From Vicinamibacteria bacterium (GTDB lineage Bacteria > Acidobacteriota > Vicinamibacteria > Marinacidobacterales > Marinacidobacteraceae), in assembly GCA_964291235.2 (NCBI GenBank), contig OZ219816.1, forward strand, positions 1,696,001 to 1,760,000: 64,000 bases of DNA. Direction: 5' to 3'. This document shows positions 9,108 to 20,766 of this stretch, piece after piece. Below the pieces are notes generated by a model. It was not told the DNA's origin. It saw only the letters and a program-made list of their open reading frames with translations, and did not search any database. Position numbers and translations under genes: made by a program. Position 1 is the first letter of the stretch, and every line of letters starts with the position of its first letter.

Positions 9108-10558
9108 CGCTCCACGACGACCTTCGTCTGGGTATAGAACTCGATCGCGTGCGCCCCCTGGGCGTGCAGGTCTCCGAAGAAGCTGCCGCGCCAGCCGCTG
9201 AAGGGGAAAAACGCCATCGGGGCGGCGACTCCCACGTTGATCCCCACGTTGCCGGTCAGCACCTCGTGGCGGAAGCGGCGCGCCGCGCGGCCGTCGTTCG
9301 TGAAGAGGCAGGCCATGTTCCCAAACTCGCCGCTGTTGACGAAGGCGACCGCGTCCTCGACGGAATCGACGTGGATGATCCCGAGCACCGGTCCGAAGAT
9401 CTCGGTGCGGGCAATCTCTCCCTCGGCGGGAAGTCCGTCCAGCACCGTGGGACGCACGAAGAACCCGTCCTCGTGGCCGGCAATCCGCGCCCCCCGGCCG
9501 TCCACCACCGCGGTAGCGGCCTCCCGGTCCACCGCCTGGCCGATCAGCCCCTCGATCCGGGCCCGGCTCTCACCCCGGATCACCGGTCCCATGTCCACCG
9601 CTTCGTCGAGCCCGGAACCCACCACCCGGCTCTCGGCGGCGGCGCTCACCAGATCGCGGAACGGCCGGTGGGCGCCGCCCACGGTGATCGCCAGCGAGGC
9701 CGCGAGACAGCGCTGGCCGGCACACCCGAAGGCGCTCTCCGCGACCGTCGAAACCGCGGCCTCGACATCGGCATCCTCGAGGACCACCACCGGATTCTTC
9801 GCACCGCCCTGGCACTGCACCCGCTTCCCGTTCTTCGCCGCCTGCGCATAGACGATCCGCGCCACCGGGGATGAGCCCACGAAGCTGACGGCGGCGACGT
9901 CCGGATGGTCGAGCAGCGCCGAAACCGCCTCCTGCCCGCCATGGGTCACCTGCAGCACGCCGGGCGGGAACCCTGCCTCCTCCATCAGCGCGACCACCCG
10001 CTGCATGGTCAGCGGCGTCTTCTCCGACGGCTTCATCACCACCGTGTTCCCGCAGGCCAGCGCGTAGGGGAGGAACCAGAACGGGATCATCGCCGGGAAG
10101 TTGAAGGGCGCGATCACCGCCACCACCCCCACCGGCTGGCGGATCATCAACTCGTCGATCCCGCGGGCGATGTCCTCGAGCACCCGGCCCTGCATCAAAG
10201 AGGGAATCCCGCACGCCACCTCCACGTTCTCGATCGCGCGGCGCAGCTCGCCGCGCGACTCGGCGAGCGTCTTTCCGCTTTCGGTGGTGACGCAGCGGGA
10301 GAGCTCCTCGAAATCGCGCTCGAGGAGGGATTTGAGCCGGAAGAGCGGCTGGACCCGGTCGGTGGGCGGCGTCTCGCGCCAATCGCGCAGCGCCTCCCTC
10401 GCGCTCTCCACCGCCCGGCCCACATCCTCCGGTCCGGAGAGCGGGATCCGGGACAGGATTTCTCCGGTCGCGGGGTTGAGAACCGGCAGACTTTCGGAGA
10501 CCGGCGGCACCACGTAGCTGCCGCCGATGAAGTTGGGAAGAATCGCGTTTTCGGCCAT
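9077..10558 (-). CDS. mmsA: CoA-acylating methylmalonate-semialdehyde dehydrogenase
   Basis: Start ATG 10558 ([13 protein letters not shown]); [62 protein letters not shown]. Confidence 0.92.
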   Translation of the reverse strand: MAENAILPNFIGGSYVVPPVSESLPVLNPATGEILSRIPLSGPEDVGRAVESAREALRDWRETPPTDRVQPLFRLKSLLERDFEELSRCVTTESGKTLAESRGELRRAIENVEVACGIPSLMQGRVLEDIARGIDELMIRQPVGVVAVIAPFNFPAMIPFWFLPYALACGNTVVMKPSEKTPLTMQRVVALMEEAGFPPGVLQVTHGGQEAVSALLDHPDVAAVSFVGSSPVARIVYAQAAKNGKRVQCQGGAKNPVVVLEDADVEAAVSTVAESAFGCAGQRCLAASLAITVGGAHRPFRDLVSAAAESRVVGSGLDEAVDMGPVIRGESRARIEGLIGQAVDREAATAVVDGRGARIAGHEDGFFVRPTVLDGLPAEGEIARTEIFGPVLGIIHVDSVEDAVAFVNSGEFGNMACLFTNDGRAARRFRHEVLTGNVGINVGVAAPMAFFPFSGWRGSFFGDLHAQGAHAIEFYTQTKVVVERWPRDASKRF

Positions 10559-10588
10559 GTTCTTTCCCGCGTAGGATACGCGCGGCCC

Positions 10589-12931
10589 ATGCGACGTTCT
10601 CCGATGAAATCCCCGGGAGGAGGCCGGCTCGCGTTGCCGTTTCTGCCCGGTTTCCTGCTGCTCGTTCCCCTCGCATCGGGAGGCGCCGCGCCGCCGAACG
10701 ACGGGGCGGTTCAGGCGCTTGCCGAGGGCATGGAGGGGCCGGTGGTCGACGGGCTGGTCACCGACGAACAGTGGGCCACCGTCGAACCCTTCACCGACTT
10801 CATCCAGCAGGAGCCGGACAACGGCTCGCCCGCCTCCGAGCGGACCGAAGTACGCCTGCTGCTCTCCGAAACCACGCTCTACGTGGGGATCGTGGCGTTC
10901 GACAGCGAACCCGGCCAGGTGCTCGTCTCGGAGAGCCGGCGCGACGGGGACCTGAACGAGTCCGACTCCGTCCAGATCGTGCTCGACACCTTCAACGACA
11001 ACCAAAACGCCTTCCTCTTCGGGACGAACCCGGAAGGGATCGAGTACGACGGCCAGATCGCCGGCGAGGGCGCCACCGGCGGCTACAACCCCCGCCCCGG
11101 CCAGCGCGGCTCCCAGCGCGGGGGCATCACCGGCTTCAACGCCAACTGGGACGGCGACTGGACGGTGCGCTCCCAGCGCAGCGAGCGCGGCTGGGAGACC
11201 GAGTTCGCGATTCCCCTGCGGACGCTCCGCTACGAGGCCGGACCGGACCGGACCTGGGGCATCAACGTGATGCGGAACATCCGCCGCAAGAACGAACAGT
11301 CCTTCCTGGCTCCGATCCCCCGCGGTTACAACATCTACCGCGTCTCCCTGGCGCGCAAGGTGTCCGGGCTGGTCCTGCCCTCGCGCCGCGACATCAAGGT
11401 CACCCCCTTCGCGCTCGGCGAGGCGAGTCGCAACCCGCTCGCGGTCCGCTCCGAGAACCGCGAAACCGAGGGGCTCGACATCGGCCTCGACGTGAAGTGG
11501 GGCGTCACTCCGAACCTCACCGTGGACCTGACCGCGAACACCGACTTCGCGCAGGTGGAAGCCGACGACCAGCAGATCAACCTGACGCGGTTCCCGCTCT
11601 TCTTCCCCGAGAAACGGCCTTTCTTCCTGGAGAACGCATCCACCTTCCAGTTCGGAGCGCCCCAGGAGGTGGACCTCTTCTTCAGCCGCCGCATCGGGCT
11701 CAACGCGGGCCAGCCGGTGGGAATCGTCGGCGGCGCCCGGCTCTCCGGAAAGATGGGGTCCACGAACATCGGCCTCATGAACATGCAGACCGACGCGGCG
11801 TTCGACAACGAGACCGGCGCCCTCTCCCTCGCGGCCAACAACTACAGCGTCGCGCGCATCCAGCGCGAGGTCGGCAGGTCCAACTTCGGCGGCATCTTCG
11901 TGAACCGCCAGGCCACCGGCGAATGGGCCGAGGACGGGGATACCAACCGCGCCTTCGGCGCCGACGCCGCGATCCAGATCGGAGAGCACGCCCGCTTCTT
12001 CACCTTTCTGGCCAAGACGGCCTCAGTGGGTTCGGATCCGGAAGCAAGCGCCTCCGACACCCTGGCGGGCCGGGCGTTCCTGAACTACGCCGACCAGCTC
12101 CACCAAGGCCACGTCGGCTTCACCCAGGTGGGCGAGGACTTCAACCCCGAGGTCGGTTTCGTGCCCCGGCGGGGATTCCGGAAGTACCAGTGGCGCTACT
12201 ACCTCGACTGGCAGCCCTCCCACCTTGCCGGCCTGTCCTGGGTGCGCCGCTTCTCCCCGCACGTGACCTGGAACGCGTACTACGGTTTTGACGGAGAAGT
12301 TCAGTCCGGACGCGGGCACTGGCATCCGATCGAGTTTCAACCGAACGGGGGCGGCCGCTTCGGGCTGTTCATCGACCGGCACCGCGACCGGCCGCTTGAC
12401 GACTTCACCGTGTTCTCGGGGGTGGACGGGCACCGCGTGGTGATCCCGCCCGGCCTCTACAACTGGACGCAGGTGAGCGTGAACTACCTCGGAAACGCCA
12501 GCGCCCGCTTGTATCCCACGTTCTACCTGAGGAACGGCGGCTTCTACGACGGGGATTACCTGGGCCTCAGCTCCAGTCTGAACGGACGGATCGGCGCGAC
12601 CTTCCAGGCGAGCATCGGCTGGAACCGTGACGTGGTGGACCTCCCCGGCGGCACGTTCACCACCGACCTGATTCCGATCCGGGTCAACTACTCGTTCACC
12701 CCGCTGCGCCGTCTCGAAGCGCTCATCCAGTACAACAGCCAGACCGCGTCGGTGTCGTCGAACATCCGGCTGGTGATGCTGGACCGGAGCGGAACCGGTC
12801 TCTTCCTCGTTTACAACGACCTGCGAAACACGGCCACCCTCGACCGGTTCGACGACGAGACCGGGTTCCTGGTGCCCACGGTGATGGGCCGTTCGCTGAT
12901 CATCAAGTACACGCGTCTCTTCGACTTCTGA
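10589..12931 (+). CDS. DUF5916 / CBM9-like domain outer-membrane protein
   Basis: Signal peptide; [12 protein letters not shown]...[61 protein letters not shown]; C-terminal Phe. Confidence 0.85.
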   Translation: MRRSPMKSPGGGRLALPFLPGFLLLVPLASGGAAPPNDGAVQALAEGMEGPVVDGLVTDEQWATVEPFTDFIQQEPDNGSPASERTEVRLLLSETTLYVGIVAFDSEPGQVLVSESRRDGDLNESDSVQIVLDTFNDNQNAFLFGTNPEGIEYDGQIAGEGATGGYNPRPGQRGSQRGGITGFNANWDGDWTVRSQRSERGWETEFAIPLRTLRYEAGPDRTWGINVMRNIRRKNEQSFLAPIPRGYNIYRVSLARKVSGLVLPSRRDIKVTPFALGEASRNPLAVRSENRETEGLDIGLDVKWGVTPNLTVDLTANTDFAQVEADDQQINLTRFPLFFPEKRPFFLENASTFQFGAPQEVDLFFSRRIGLNAGQPVGIVGGARLSGKMGSTNIGLMNMQTDAAFDNETGALSLAANNYSVARIQREVGRSNFGGIFVNRQATGEWAEDGDTNRAFGADAAIQIGEHARFFTFLAKTASVGSDPEASASDTLAGRAFLNYADQLHQGHVGFTQVGEDFNPEVGFVPRRGFRKYQWRYYLDWQPSHLAGLSWVRRFSPHVTWNAYYGFDGEVQSGRGHWHPIEFQPNGGGRFGLFIDRHRDRPLDDFTVFSGVDGHRVVIPPGLYNWTQVSVNYLGNASARLYPTFYLRNGGFYDGDYLGLSSSLNGRIGATFQASIGWNRDVVDLPGGTFTTDLIPIRVNYSFTPLRRLEALIQYNSQTASVSSNIRLVMLDRSGTGLFLVYNDLRNTATLDRFDDETGFLVPTVMGRSLIIKYTRLFDF

Positions 12932-13006
12932 CCGGCCGCGGCAATGCCGCGGTCAGTCCCGTCCATTCCCATCAAGGCCGGCGCAGCGAGCGCCGGCCGG
13001 GGCGCG

Positions 13007-13234
13007 TCAGTTCGCGAGGACGGGAATCTTGTCGAGGATCTCGGCGTTCTCGGGGAAACGGCCGGTGTCGTACTTGGAATAGACCAACTCGCCGTCCACC
13101 TTCACGTCGAAGATGCCCTTGCCGCCTTCGATGAGTTCGGGTTCGATGCCCCGTTCCTCCCGGATTGCCGCCGCCAGACTGGAGGCGTTAGGGAGGTAGT
13201 TTCAAACGACGCAGTACGTGATCGAGATCTTCAT
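13007..13234 (-). CDS. Rdx/SelW-family selenoprotein (CxxU), in-frame TGA at 13202-13204
   Basis: Manual translation MKISITYCVV-U-NYLPNASSLAAAIREERGIEPELIEGGKGIFDVKVDGELVYSKYDTGRFPENAEILDKIPVLAN; matches the Rdx pattern YCxxU...GxFDVxVDGELVYSK...RFP. Confidence 0.9.
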
Positions 13235-13305
13235 GAGAGGCCTCTGGAACTCCGCGGGAAATGTGCCGGAAGACAACATCCGACAGGGTGGCGGGGACGC
13301 GATGA

Positions 13306-13383
13306 TGGCGGGGCCGACGGGACTCGAACCCGCGACCTCCGGCGTGACAGGCCGGCGTTCTGGACCAACTGAACTACGACCCC
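13306..13383 (-). tRNA. tRNA-Asp(GTC)
   Basis: Reverse complement GGGGTCGTAGTTCAGTTGGTCCAGAACGCCGGCCTGTCACGCCGGAGGTCGCGGGTTCGAGTCCCGTCGGCCCCGCCA; anticodon GTC, encoded CCA. Confidence 0.97.
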
Positions 13384-13688
13384 ATCTCTCGCAAGAAGCG
13401 CGGATACTAGCAGCCTGTGGTGAAACGCACGTGAGCACCGAGGCGGGGGAGGCGCCCGGCTGACAAGGCGCGTGAGGGAGGAATACCGGATGTATTGCGA
13501 CCGAAGCGCAACGATGAGCGCCTCGTAGAGGCGCGGTTCAGCCGGGATGCATCGCCCGTCGAATGCCGCGTGGGTTTTGCCACAGGCTGCTACCAGCGTA
13601 ATTCCCGCCGTAACCCCATCGTTTCTGCTTTCCCGTATCCCGTTCGCTTGGGGCCCGCGGGATGTGATACGCTCACGGGTCGCGCGCC

Positions 13689-13967
13689 ATGCGGTTGACC
13701 AAGAGCCAGATCCAATTCCTGGGGTACCGGATTACCGACGACCTGCAGGTTGCCGGCTACATTGATCCGGAAGATCCGAACGCGCTGATGGACGCGATCG
13801 TGGATCTGATCACCGAGGATCTGCGCCAGGAAGATGACCTCAACGAAAAGGTCCGCCAGCTTCTCGACGGTTACGGCGAGGAGATTCGCACGGGCGGCGT
13901 CGAATACCGGGAAATGTTCAAACTGGTCAAGAAACGGCTCGCCCGCGAAGAGGGGATCATCCTCTAG
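13689..13967 (+). CDS. DUF507-family protein
   Basis: MRLTKSQI...EDDLNEKVRQLL...VEYREMFKLVKKRLAREEGIIL. Confidence 0.8.
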   Translation: MRLTKSQIQFLGYRITDDLQVAGYIDPEDPNALMDAIVDLITEDLRQEDDLNEKVRQLLDGYGEEIRTGGVEYREMFKLVKKRLAREEGIIL

Positions 13968-14007
13968 GAATGGCGCGGCCGTTCTCTCTCCCTCGAAAGA
14001 TCCAGCC

Positions 14008-14313
14008 ATGCGCCTGACCAACGGGAAGATCAACCACCTCGCGAACCAGATCATGGATCTGCTGCGCGCCGACGAGACGGTGGAGTTCTACGCCGAGGAC
14101 AGCGAGATCCGCCGCATGATCATGCGAATCATCAACTCCGAACTCGAGGACGATGAGCGCATCGATCAGATCGTGCGCCGGAAGATCGACTCGCAGAGCC
14201 GGACGGTCCAGCAGGGCACCGAGACCTGGGACATCCTCTATCGCCGTTACTACGACGAGGAGATGGTCAAGAGCCGGCGGGTGATCCCAGGCCAAGAGCG
14301 CGTAGTCGAGTAA
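14008..14313 (+). CDS. DUF507-family protein (second tandem paralog)
   Basis: ATG 14008: MRLTNGKINHLA...IDQIVRRKIDSQSRTVQQGTETWDILYRRYYDEEM. Confidence 0.8.
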   Translation: MRLTNGKINHLANQIMDLLRADETVEFYAEDSEIRRMIMRIINSELEDDERIDQIVRRKIDSQSRTVQQGTETWDILYRRYYDEEMVKSRRVIPGQERVVE

Positions 14314-14399
14314 ACGGCGCGCCGGCTCTCGGGCCAGGAGCGCGTTCGCAGCCGGCGCTCCTGCGCACCACTCTCGTTTGGGCCGCCGGGCCGAGGAGG

Positions 14400-14451
14400 A
14401 GGAGCGCCAGCCTCCGGCTAGCATCGCCGAGCGAAGTGAGGCGGAACTCCC
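14400..14451. repeat. REP-like element, left copy (inverted partner at 16508-16559)
   Basis: AGGAGCGCCAGCCTCCGGCTAGCATCGC...GCGGAACTCCC versus reverse complement of 16508-16559 AGGAGCGCCGGCCTCCGGCCGGCATCGC...GCGAAACTCCC. Confidence 0.65.
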
Positions 14452-14681
14452 GGACTCGGTCAGCCTCGACCGCGCCAACCCCAACGGGGACGGCGCGACG
14501 CTCATACCTGCGTGAGCGACGCCAGTCTGAATCCTGGGCCGGCCCGGGCGCGCCGAGATGGTTGGAGGAGGTCCGGCCCGAGGCGGATTACCGGTCTCAT
14601 CCCCAATAGAAACCAAGATCCCCAATAGTCGTTGGGGTCGGGTGGGGTTTTCGTTAGACTTCGGCACCGGAGGATCCAGAT

Positions 14682-16418
14682 GTGAGCTCGGGGACTGCGG
14701 AACAGTCTTCACCGCATCGGCTGGAGCGCACCGGTTTCGGCGCGTTGTTGGCGGCGATCCTGCTTCAGGCGGCGTGTGGAAGCCAAGGTGGGACCGCACC
14801 CGGCGCGACGACTCCCGGCGCTGCCTCCCCGCCACCGGCGCCGTCCATTACCTCTTTGGAACTGACGAGCGCCGAGGAGTTCCCGATCTTTCCCGGGGAG
14901 ACGGCGGAGCTTCGGGTCACGGCGGTACGATCCGACAACTCGCGCGTTCCGGTGGACAGCGCGCTACCGGTGTGGACTTCCTCCATTGTGAGCGTGGCGA
15001 CCGTATCGGCGGGAGTGGTGACCGCCGTCGAACCGGGGAACGCGGAAATCCGCGCTTTGTACGAGGGGGTGTCCGCAGAGGTTCCGGTCCCGGTACGGAT
15101 TCCGCCGACCGCCCGGGGCAAAGTCCGGGTCATCTACGCGGCGCCGGCGGACCGCCCCTTCCGGGCCGACTACAGCGCCGGAATTTCCCGAACCATCGCG
15201 CACGCGCGGACCTGGTTTCGCCGCCAACTCGGGGGACTCACCTTCGAACTCCACGACACCACCCCCGAGTTTTGCCAGCTCCCGGAAGACTTCGACCACT
15301 ACAGTCAGGGCGATTCGTGGAACAGGATCATCGAGGGCTTACAGGATTGCGCCGAGGTTCGTCACCTCACGCCGAGTATTTCGTGGTACGTGTTCGCTGA
15401 TGTTGGGGAACTTTGCGGACAGGACCACGAACTGGGAGCGGCCGTCGGCGGCCTGGCCATCGTCCCCAGGCACGATCTGGAGTTGTTGGTGGGCTCTCAA
15501 CGCATCGAGACCTGTGCCGGACGGCGGAGGCGGTCGCGCTTGAGCGTCGCCGGAGGCTTCGGGCATGAGCTCGGCCATACCTTTGGTCTGCCCCATCCAC
15601 CGGGATGTGACGAAAGGCGGCCGCACTGCGACAGGGATGCCCTCATGAGTTTCGGCGTTTACGAGTACCCGGACACGTATCTGCGGCCGGACGAGAAGGA
15701 AGTCCTGATGCGATCCCGGTTCTTCAGGAGAACCGGGCCGCGCGGCGCCAGCCCCCAGGAGTTTGCAATCCAGGGGGTGGTCCGAGACGCAACCGGCGCC
15801 CCGCTGCAAGGTATCCGGGTGTCGGTGATGTCGGATCACTACTGGGACTGGTCAGAAACCCGCTTCGACGGAGGTTTCTCGATCGGAGTTCCTGACCGGC
15901 GGGCCGGCCCGTTCCTGGTCTCGGTGCATGCCGGCGACACGGCCGACTGCAACTGGCTCGGGTACCACGGTCCGGGCGGTCTGCATTCATCGCGCCGGGA
16001 TGCCACCCTGGTGGAGGTGGCAGACGGCGCGCCCGAATCTCTTGAAATAGAGCTCCCTCTTTCACCGAGCGAACTGTGCAACCTCGACCGGACGGTGAGC
16101 GGAATCGTGCTGGACCACAGCGGCCGACCTGTCGAGGGAGCCCGGGTCTACTTTGATCGCTTCGGATTTCGCACAGGCCAGGATGGGACCTGGAAACATC
16201 GCCTTTTCGAGGGGTGGTGGGCGCACCACATGTTTCAGCCACTAAGACTCTTTCTGCCGGAGTGTGACGACCTGTTCTTTTTCTCCCAGGACGGATTCAG
16301 CAGCCAGGTGTACTGGTCCGAGGAACTGGAGCGGCGCTTCGAAGTCGGACCGCTGGGTGTCACGGACATCCGGATACGGCTTCGAGCCAGCCCGGCACAG
16401 GTCTGTCGCGAAAGCTGA
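14682..16418 (+). CDS. Lipoprotein with Ig-like domain, metzincin-type Zn peptidase domain and carboxypeptidase-regulatory-like domains
   Basis: Lipobox LQAAC; WTSSIVSVATVSAGVVTAVEPG (Big_2-like); HELGHTFGLPH (HExxHxxGxxH) plus DALMS Met-turn; IQGVVRDATGAPLQGIRV and VSGIVLDHSGRPVEGARV repeats. Confidence 0.8.
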   Translation: MSSGTAEQSSPHRLERTGFGALLAAILLQAACGSQGGTAPGATTPGAASPPPAPSITSLELTSAEEFPIFPGETAELRVTAVRSDNSRVPVDSALPVWTSSIVSVATVSAGVVTAVEPGNAEIRALYEGVSAEVPVPVRIPPTARGKVRVIYAAPADRPFRADYSAGISRTIAHARTWFRRQLGGLTFELHDTTPEFCQLPEDFDHYSQGDSWNRIIEGLQDCAEVRHLTPSISWYVFADVGELCGQDHELGAAVGGLAIVPRHDLELLVGSQRIETCAGRRRRSRLSVAGGFGHELGHTFGLPHPPGCDERRPHCDRDALMSFGVYEYPDTYLRPDEKEVLMRSRFFRRTGPRGASPQEFAIQGVVRDATGAPLQGIRVSVMSDHYWDWSETRFDGGFSIGVPDRRAGPFLVSVHAGDTADCNWLGYHGPGGLHSSRRDATLVEVADGAPESLEIELPLSPSELCNLDRTVSGIVLDHSGRPVEGARVYFDRFGFRTGQDGTWKHRLFEGWWAHHMFQPLRLFLPECDDLFFFSQDGFSSQVYWSEELERRFEVGPLGVTDIRIRLRASPAQVCRES

Positions 16419-16507
16419 AGTCGGCGATCGCCGGCGTCCAGTCCGGTCAGCGCACTCCCCGCTCCGGAGGCTCGGAATCGCGCGGTGCTGCAGGGAAGAT
16501 CAGCGAC

Positions 16508-16559
16508 GGGAGTTTCGCTCCGCGGTGCGGAGCGATGCCGGCCGGAGGCCGGCGCTCCT
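16508..16559. repeat. REP-like element, right copy (inverted relative to 14400-14451)
   Basis: See partner at 14400-14451; internal palindrome GCCGGCCGGAGGCCGGC. Confidence 0.65.
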
Positions 16560-16583
16560 GGCGCCGGCCGCGGGGTTGGGTCG

Positions 16584-17066
16584 TCAGTTGACGCTGACTT
16601 CGATCTGGCGCGGCTGCGCCTTCTCGAGCTTCGGCAGAACGACCTTGAGAACGCCGTCCCTGGACTCCGCCCGGATACCGGAGCTGTCCACCGTCTCCGG
16701 AAGATCGAAGGAACGATGGAACCTACCGATCACGCGCTCGCGCCGAAGCCAGGCTCCGGAGTCCTTCGCGTCGGCGGCCTCCGGACCGGTCTCGCGGACT
16801 TCCTCCCGCTGGCCCTCGAGGATCAGGCGGCCGTCGTGGTAGCGGACCGAAATATCGTCCCGGGCGATCCCCGGCAGTTCCGCTTCGACCACCACCTCGG
16901 TGTCCGATTCGCGCACGTCCACCGGCGGGCTCCACAGCGTCGCGCCGTTCGTCCTGCCACCGGCGGTCTCGCCAAGGCGGCCCTCGCCAAAGCGGGCCGG
17001 AAGATCGAAGAAGGGGTCGGCGAACACACGCCGCAGCGAAGGGTTGAAGAGAGTCAGATGGGTCAT
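16584..17066 (-). CDS. Hsp20/alpha-crystallin small heat-shock protein
   Basis: ATG 17066 with AAGGAG RBS; WSPPVDVRE...AELPG...RERVIGRFHRSFDLP...DGVLKVVLPK. Confidence 0.93.
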   Translation of the reverse strand: MTHLTLFNPSLRRVFADPFFDLPARFGEGRLGETAGGRTNGATLWSPPVDVRESDTEVVVEAELPGIARDDISVRYHDGRLILEGQREEVRETGPEAADAKDSGAWLRRERVIGRFHRSFDLPETVDSSGIRAESRDGVLKVVLPKLEKAQPRQIEVSVN

Positions 17067-17182
17067 TTGGTTTTCTCCTTTGGTGAATGGCTGGGAGCCG
17101 GTCGGGCCGCTCCCCGCGCCCGTCAGACGAGTTCTTCGGCTGACAGGAGGAATATAGCCGGAGGAGAAGAAAATATCAAGTG

Positions 17183-17209
17183 TGAACACTCCTATTATAT
17201 GAGTGTAAA
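17183..17209. promoter_or_regulatory. CIRCE-like inverted repeat (putative HrcA operator) upstream of hsp20
   Basis: TGAACACTC-N9-GAGTGTAAA versus consensus TTAGCACTC-N9-GAGTGCTAA; the 9-bp spacer contains TATAAT on the minus strand. Confidence 0.6.
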
Positions 17210-17240
17210 TAACGCAGATTGAATCAATACCCGGAATTCG

Positions 17241-17269
17241 TTGACCGTCCGGGCGGCTGTCCCTATCAT
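17241..17269 (+). promoter_or_regulatory. Sigma70-type promoter for gap
   Basis: TTGACC-17 bp-TATCAT about 90 bp upstream of the gap start. Confidence 0.55.
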
Positions 17270-17341
17270 CCCGGCCATCACGGGGTTGGGAGTTCCACCA
17301 GGGAACACCGGGGCGATTCGAGACCGTCGCCGGGAACCTGA

Positions 17342-18367
<1,026 letters not shown>

Positions 18368-18378
18368 GCGGCTTCGCC

Positions 18379-20766
18379 TCAGCGGGGGCTCCACTCCAGG
18401 TTGACCCGCGCCACCCGGCCCAGCGGCCGGAAGCCGCCGCTCTGGTAGGCGGCGTCGTCCAGCGCGTCCTGCACGAGCGCCCGGACCCTCAGCTCGCGCG
18501 CGACCTCGAACGAAAGCGCCACATCGAGACGGCGCATCCCGGAAAACCGGAACACCCGGGAGGCGAAGGTGTCCCGGTCGAAGAGCGGCGCGTAGATCTC
18601 GGAGGAGAGCAGCAGGTCGGCGCTCCAGCGGAGCTTTTCCGAGAAGGCGCCGGACAGGAGAGCGCCTCCCTGGTGCCGCGGGACCAGCCAGTCGGATTCG
18701 AGTTCGCCGGGAGCGTTCGCCGGCGGATCGGCGTCCGTGTAGGTGTAGTGCAGGTGCGCCCGGGTGCGGCCCGGGAGGGTCAGCCGGTACGCGGCCTCGA
18801 AACCCTTCGCGTTGCCGCCCTCGGTGTTTTCGTAGCCGGCAAAGCGGCCGAAGGGATCCGAGGCAAAGTCGAGCGTCCCGAAGGCGATGATCCGGCTCCG
18901 CGCCGACCAGAAGAAGGCTCCCCGGGCTTCCTGGCCGCCGTCCGCGGAGACGGCCGAGAATCCGCCGTCCAGGGTGGTGGTGAACTCGGGAGCCAGCCGG
19001 GGGTCGCCGAACACCGAGTACCCGAAGCTCGAATACCAGGTCCCGAACCGCTCGTAGAGCGACGGAGCGCGGAAACCGCGCCCGGCGGAGGCGCGCAGAC
19101 GGACTCCCGGGGTCAGCGCGACCGATCCCGATGTCTCCCCGGTGATGGCTCCGGCCTCGGGCGGAGGAGCCGTGTCTCTCCAGGGGCTTCCTTCGACGGG
19201 GGTCAGTTCGGGCGCCCGGGTGGTGAAACGCTGGGCCCGGAGCGCGCCCCGCCAGCGAGCCCGGCCGTCCGTGGTTCCCGACTCCGCCTGCACGAAGCCG
19301 GCGACGCTGGTCTGGCGGAGCCGGGTCTCGAACCCGGGATCGGTCGTCGCCGCCCGCTCCGCTTCGAACTCGCCGCCCGCGAGCAGGCGAGTCCGCCCCC
19401 CCGTGACCTCGACGCGGGCCGCCCCGCTCCGGACCCAGCCCTCGTAGGTCAGACTCGAGAGAGACGGCGGGTCGAACGGATTGACGCCCGCCGGTCCGTC
19501 CTCGTTCTCGCGGCGGGTCCGGAGGTCGTGCAACCGCACTGTCCACGTCAGGTAGGGCCCGGCCGCGCCGGTAGCCGACAGCAAGGTGGAGAGGAACCGC
19601 GTTTCCTGGGTGTTGTCCGGGTCGTTGATGGACGGCATGAAGGTTCCCCCGCCAAGGTCCAGTTGGTCGAGGGAGGTTCCGGTTTCGAAGCCGCTGATGG
19701 CCGCGTGGGGCACCGCTTCAGCGTCCGCAACGCCGGGGACCACCGGGCCCAGCGGAAAAGGACTCTCGTTCAGGCCCACGGTCGCCAGCGAAAACAGCGA
19801 CCGCGCCGTCACCCGCATGGATTCGGTCGGCCGAAATCCGGCCCGCGCCACCGCGGTGTGGTTCGTGAAGGGATCGTCGCCGTCCGCTCCCTCGCTGACC
19901 GCCAGCCGGCTGAAACCGCCCGAGACCCCGCCGCGCGAACCTCCGCTCCCCCATTCACCACTGGCCGCGGAGTGACCCCGCTCGCCAAGCCCCGCCGCGA
20001 GTCGAATCAGGTCGGGCGCGGTTTCCGATCGCGTGACGATGTGCAACACACCGCCCATGCCGTTCGAACCGTAGATCGTCGAACCGCCGCCGCGCCGGAT
20101 CTCCACCCGGTCCACTCCGAGCAGCGAGAGCGAGGGCAGCAGCGAGGTGGCATCCGACTGCGGCGCCGCCGCATCGCGAAGCGGCACGCCGTCCACCGCA
20201 ACGACGGTCGCCGCCGAGGGGAGGCCGCGAAACCGCAGTCCCAGCTGGTGCCCCTGGCTGCCGGTCTGGTGCACGAGTACTCCCGGCACCCCGCGCAGCC
20301 CCTCGAGCAGGAACCATTCATCGCGTTCCCGGAGCGATTCACCGGAGCGAACGTCCACGAAGGTTCCCGACTCGTCCTCCCGCCGCGCCCCGAGCGCCGC
20401 GGACACCACCACGGACTCCCGGACCGCCGCGAAACGGAGCGACAGTTCCAGCGCCTCGGAGGTTCCGTCGCGCAGCGTGACTTCCACGGGAGAGGCGGAC
20501 AGGTCGGCCGAATGCGCGGAGACGAGGTAGCGGCCGTCCCGGAGCCCCGCGATCATGACCCGCCCGTCGTCTCCGGCGAGTCCCGAGACCCGGCTCCCGC
20601 CGGCAAGCGCCTCGGCGACGACCAGCGCCCCCGGCGCCGGCTGCCCGTCCTGGTCTATGACCGCGACCTGGATCCCTTCACCGCCGAACGCGACGGAGGC
20701 GAGCGTGAGTAAGGCGGCGATTGCCAAAGATCGCCCAATCGGACGAAGATGAGTGAGAAAACGCAT
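18379..20766 (-). CDS. TonB-dependent receptor, probable cobalamin uptake (BtuB-like)
   Basis: ATG 20766 with GGAGG RBS and signal peptide; plug motifs VDGVPL, VDRVEIRRGGGSTIYGSNGMGGV; GFRAPSLYE; lies downstream of a cobalamin riboswitch. Confidence 0.88.
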   Translation of the reverse strand: MRFLTHLRPIGRSLAIAALLTLASVAFGGEGIQVAVIDQDGQPAPGALVVAEALAGGSRVSGLAGDDGRVMIAGLRDGRYLVSAHSADLSASPVEVTLRDGTSEALELSLRFAAVRESVVVSAALGARREDESGTFVDVRSGESLRERDEWFLLEGLRGVPGVLVHQTGSQGHQLGLRFRGLPSAATVVAVDGVPLRDAAAPQSDATSLLPSLSLLGVDRVEIRRGGGSTIYGSNGMGGVLHIVTRSETAPDLIRLAAGLGERGHSAASGEWGSGGSRGGVSGGFSRLAVSEGADGDDPFTNHTAVARAGFRPTESMRVTARSLFSLATVGLNESPFPLGPVVPGVADAEAVPHAAISGFETGTSLDQLDLGGGTFMPSINDPDNTQETRFLSTLLSATGAAGPYLTWTVRLHDLRTRRENEDGPAGVNPFDPPSLSSLTYEGWVRSGAARVEVTGGRTRLLAGGEFEAERAATTDPGFETRLRQTSVAGFVQAESGTTDGRARWRGALRAQRFTTRAPELTPVEGSPWRDTAPPPEAGAITGETSGSVALTPGVRLRASAGRGFRAPSLYERFGTWYSSFGYSVFGDPRLAPEFTTTLDGGFSAVSADGGQEARGAFFWSARSRIIAFGTLDFASDPFGRFAGYENTEGGNAKGFEAAYRLTLPGRTRAHLHYTYTDADPPANAPGELESDWLVPRHQGGALLSGAFSEKLRWSADLLLSSEIYAPLFDRDTFASRVFRFSGMRRLDVALSFEVARELRVRALVQDALDDAAYQSGGFRPLGRVARVNLEWSPR

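Noticed and set aside
9077-11989. 970-aa extended aldehyde dehydrogenase as a novel fusion (similarly the extended starts of 2314-4125, 52728-55220, 38315-41098 and 24089-25576)
   Set aside because: The N-terminal extensions overlap real genes or repeats; internal starts give normal-length proteins
12944-13372. 142-aa plus-strand ORF
   Set aside because: Antisense to the Rdx selenoprotein and tRNA-Asp
14314-14680. Structured ncRNA (6S, tmRNA or SRP) in this hairpin-rich intergenic region
   Set aside because: No tmRNA tRNA-like ends or tag and no SRP/6S signature recognised; partly explained by REP-like palindromes. An Infernal/Rfam scan would settle it
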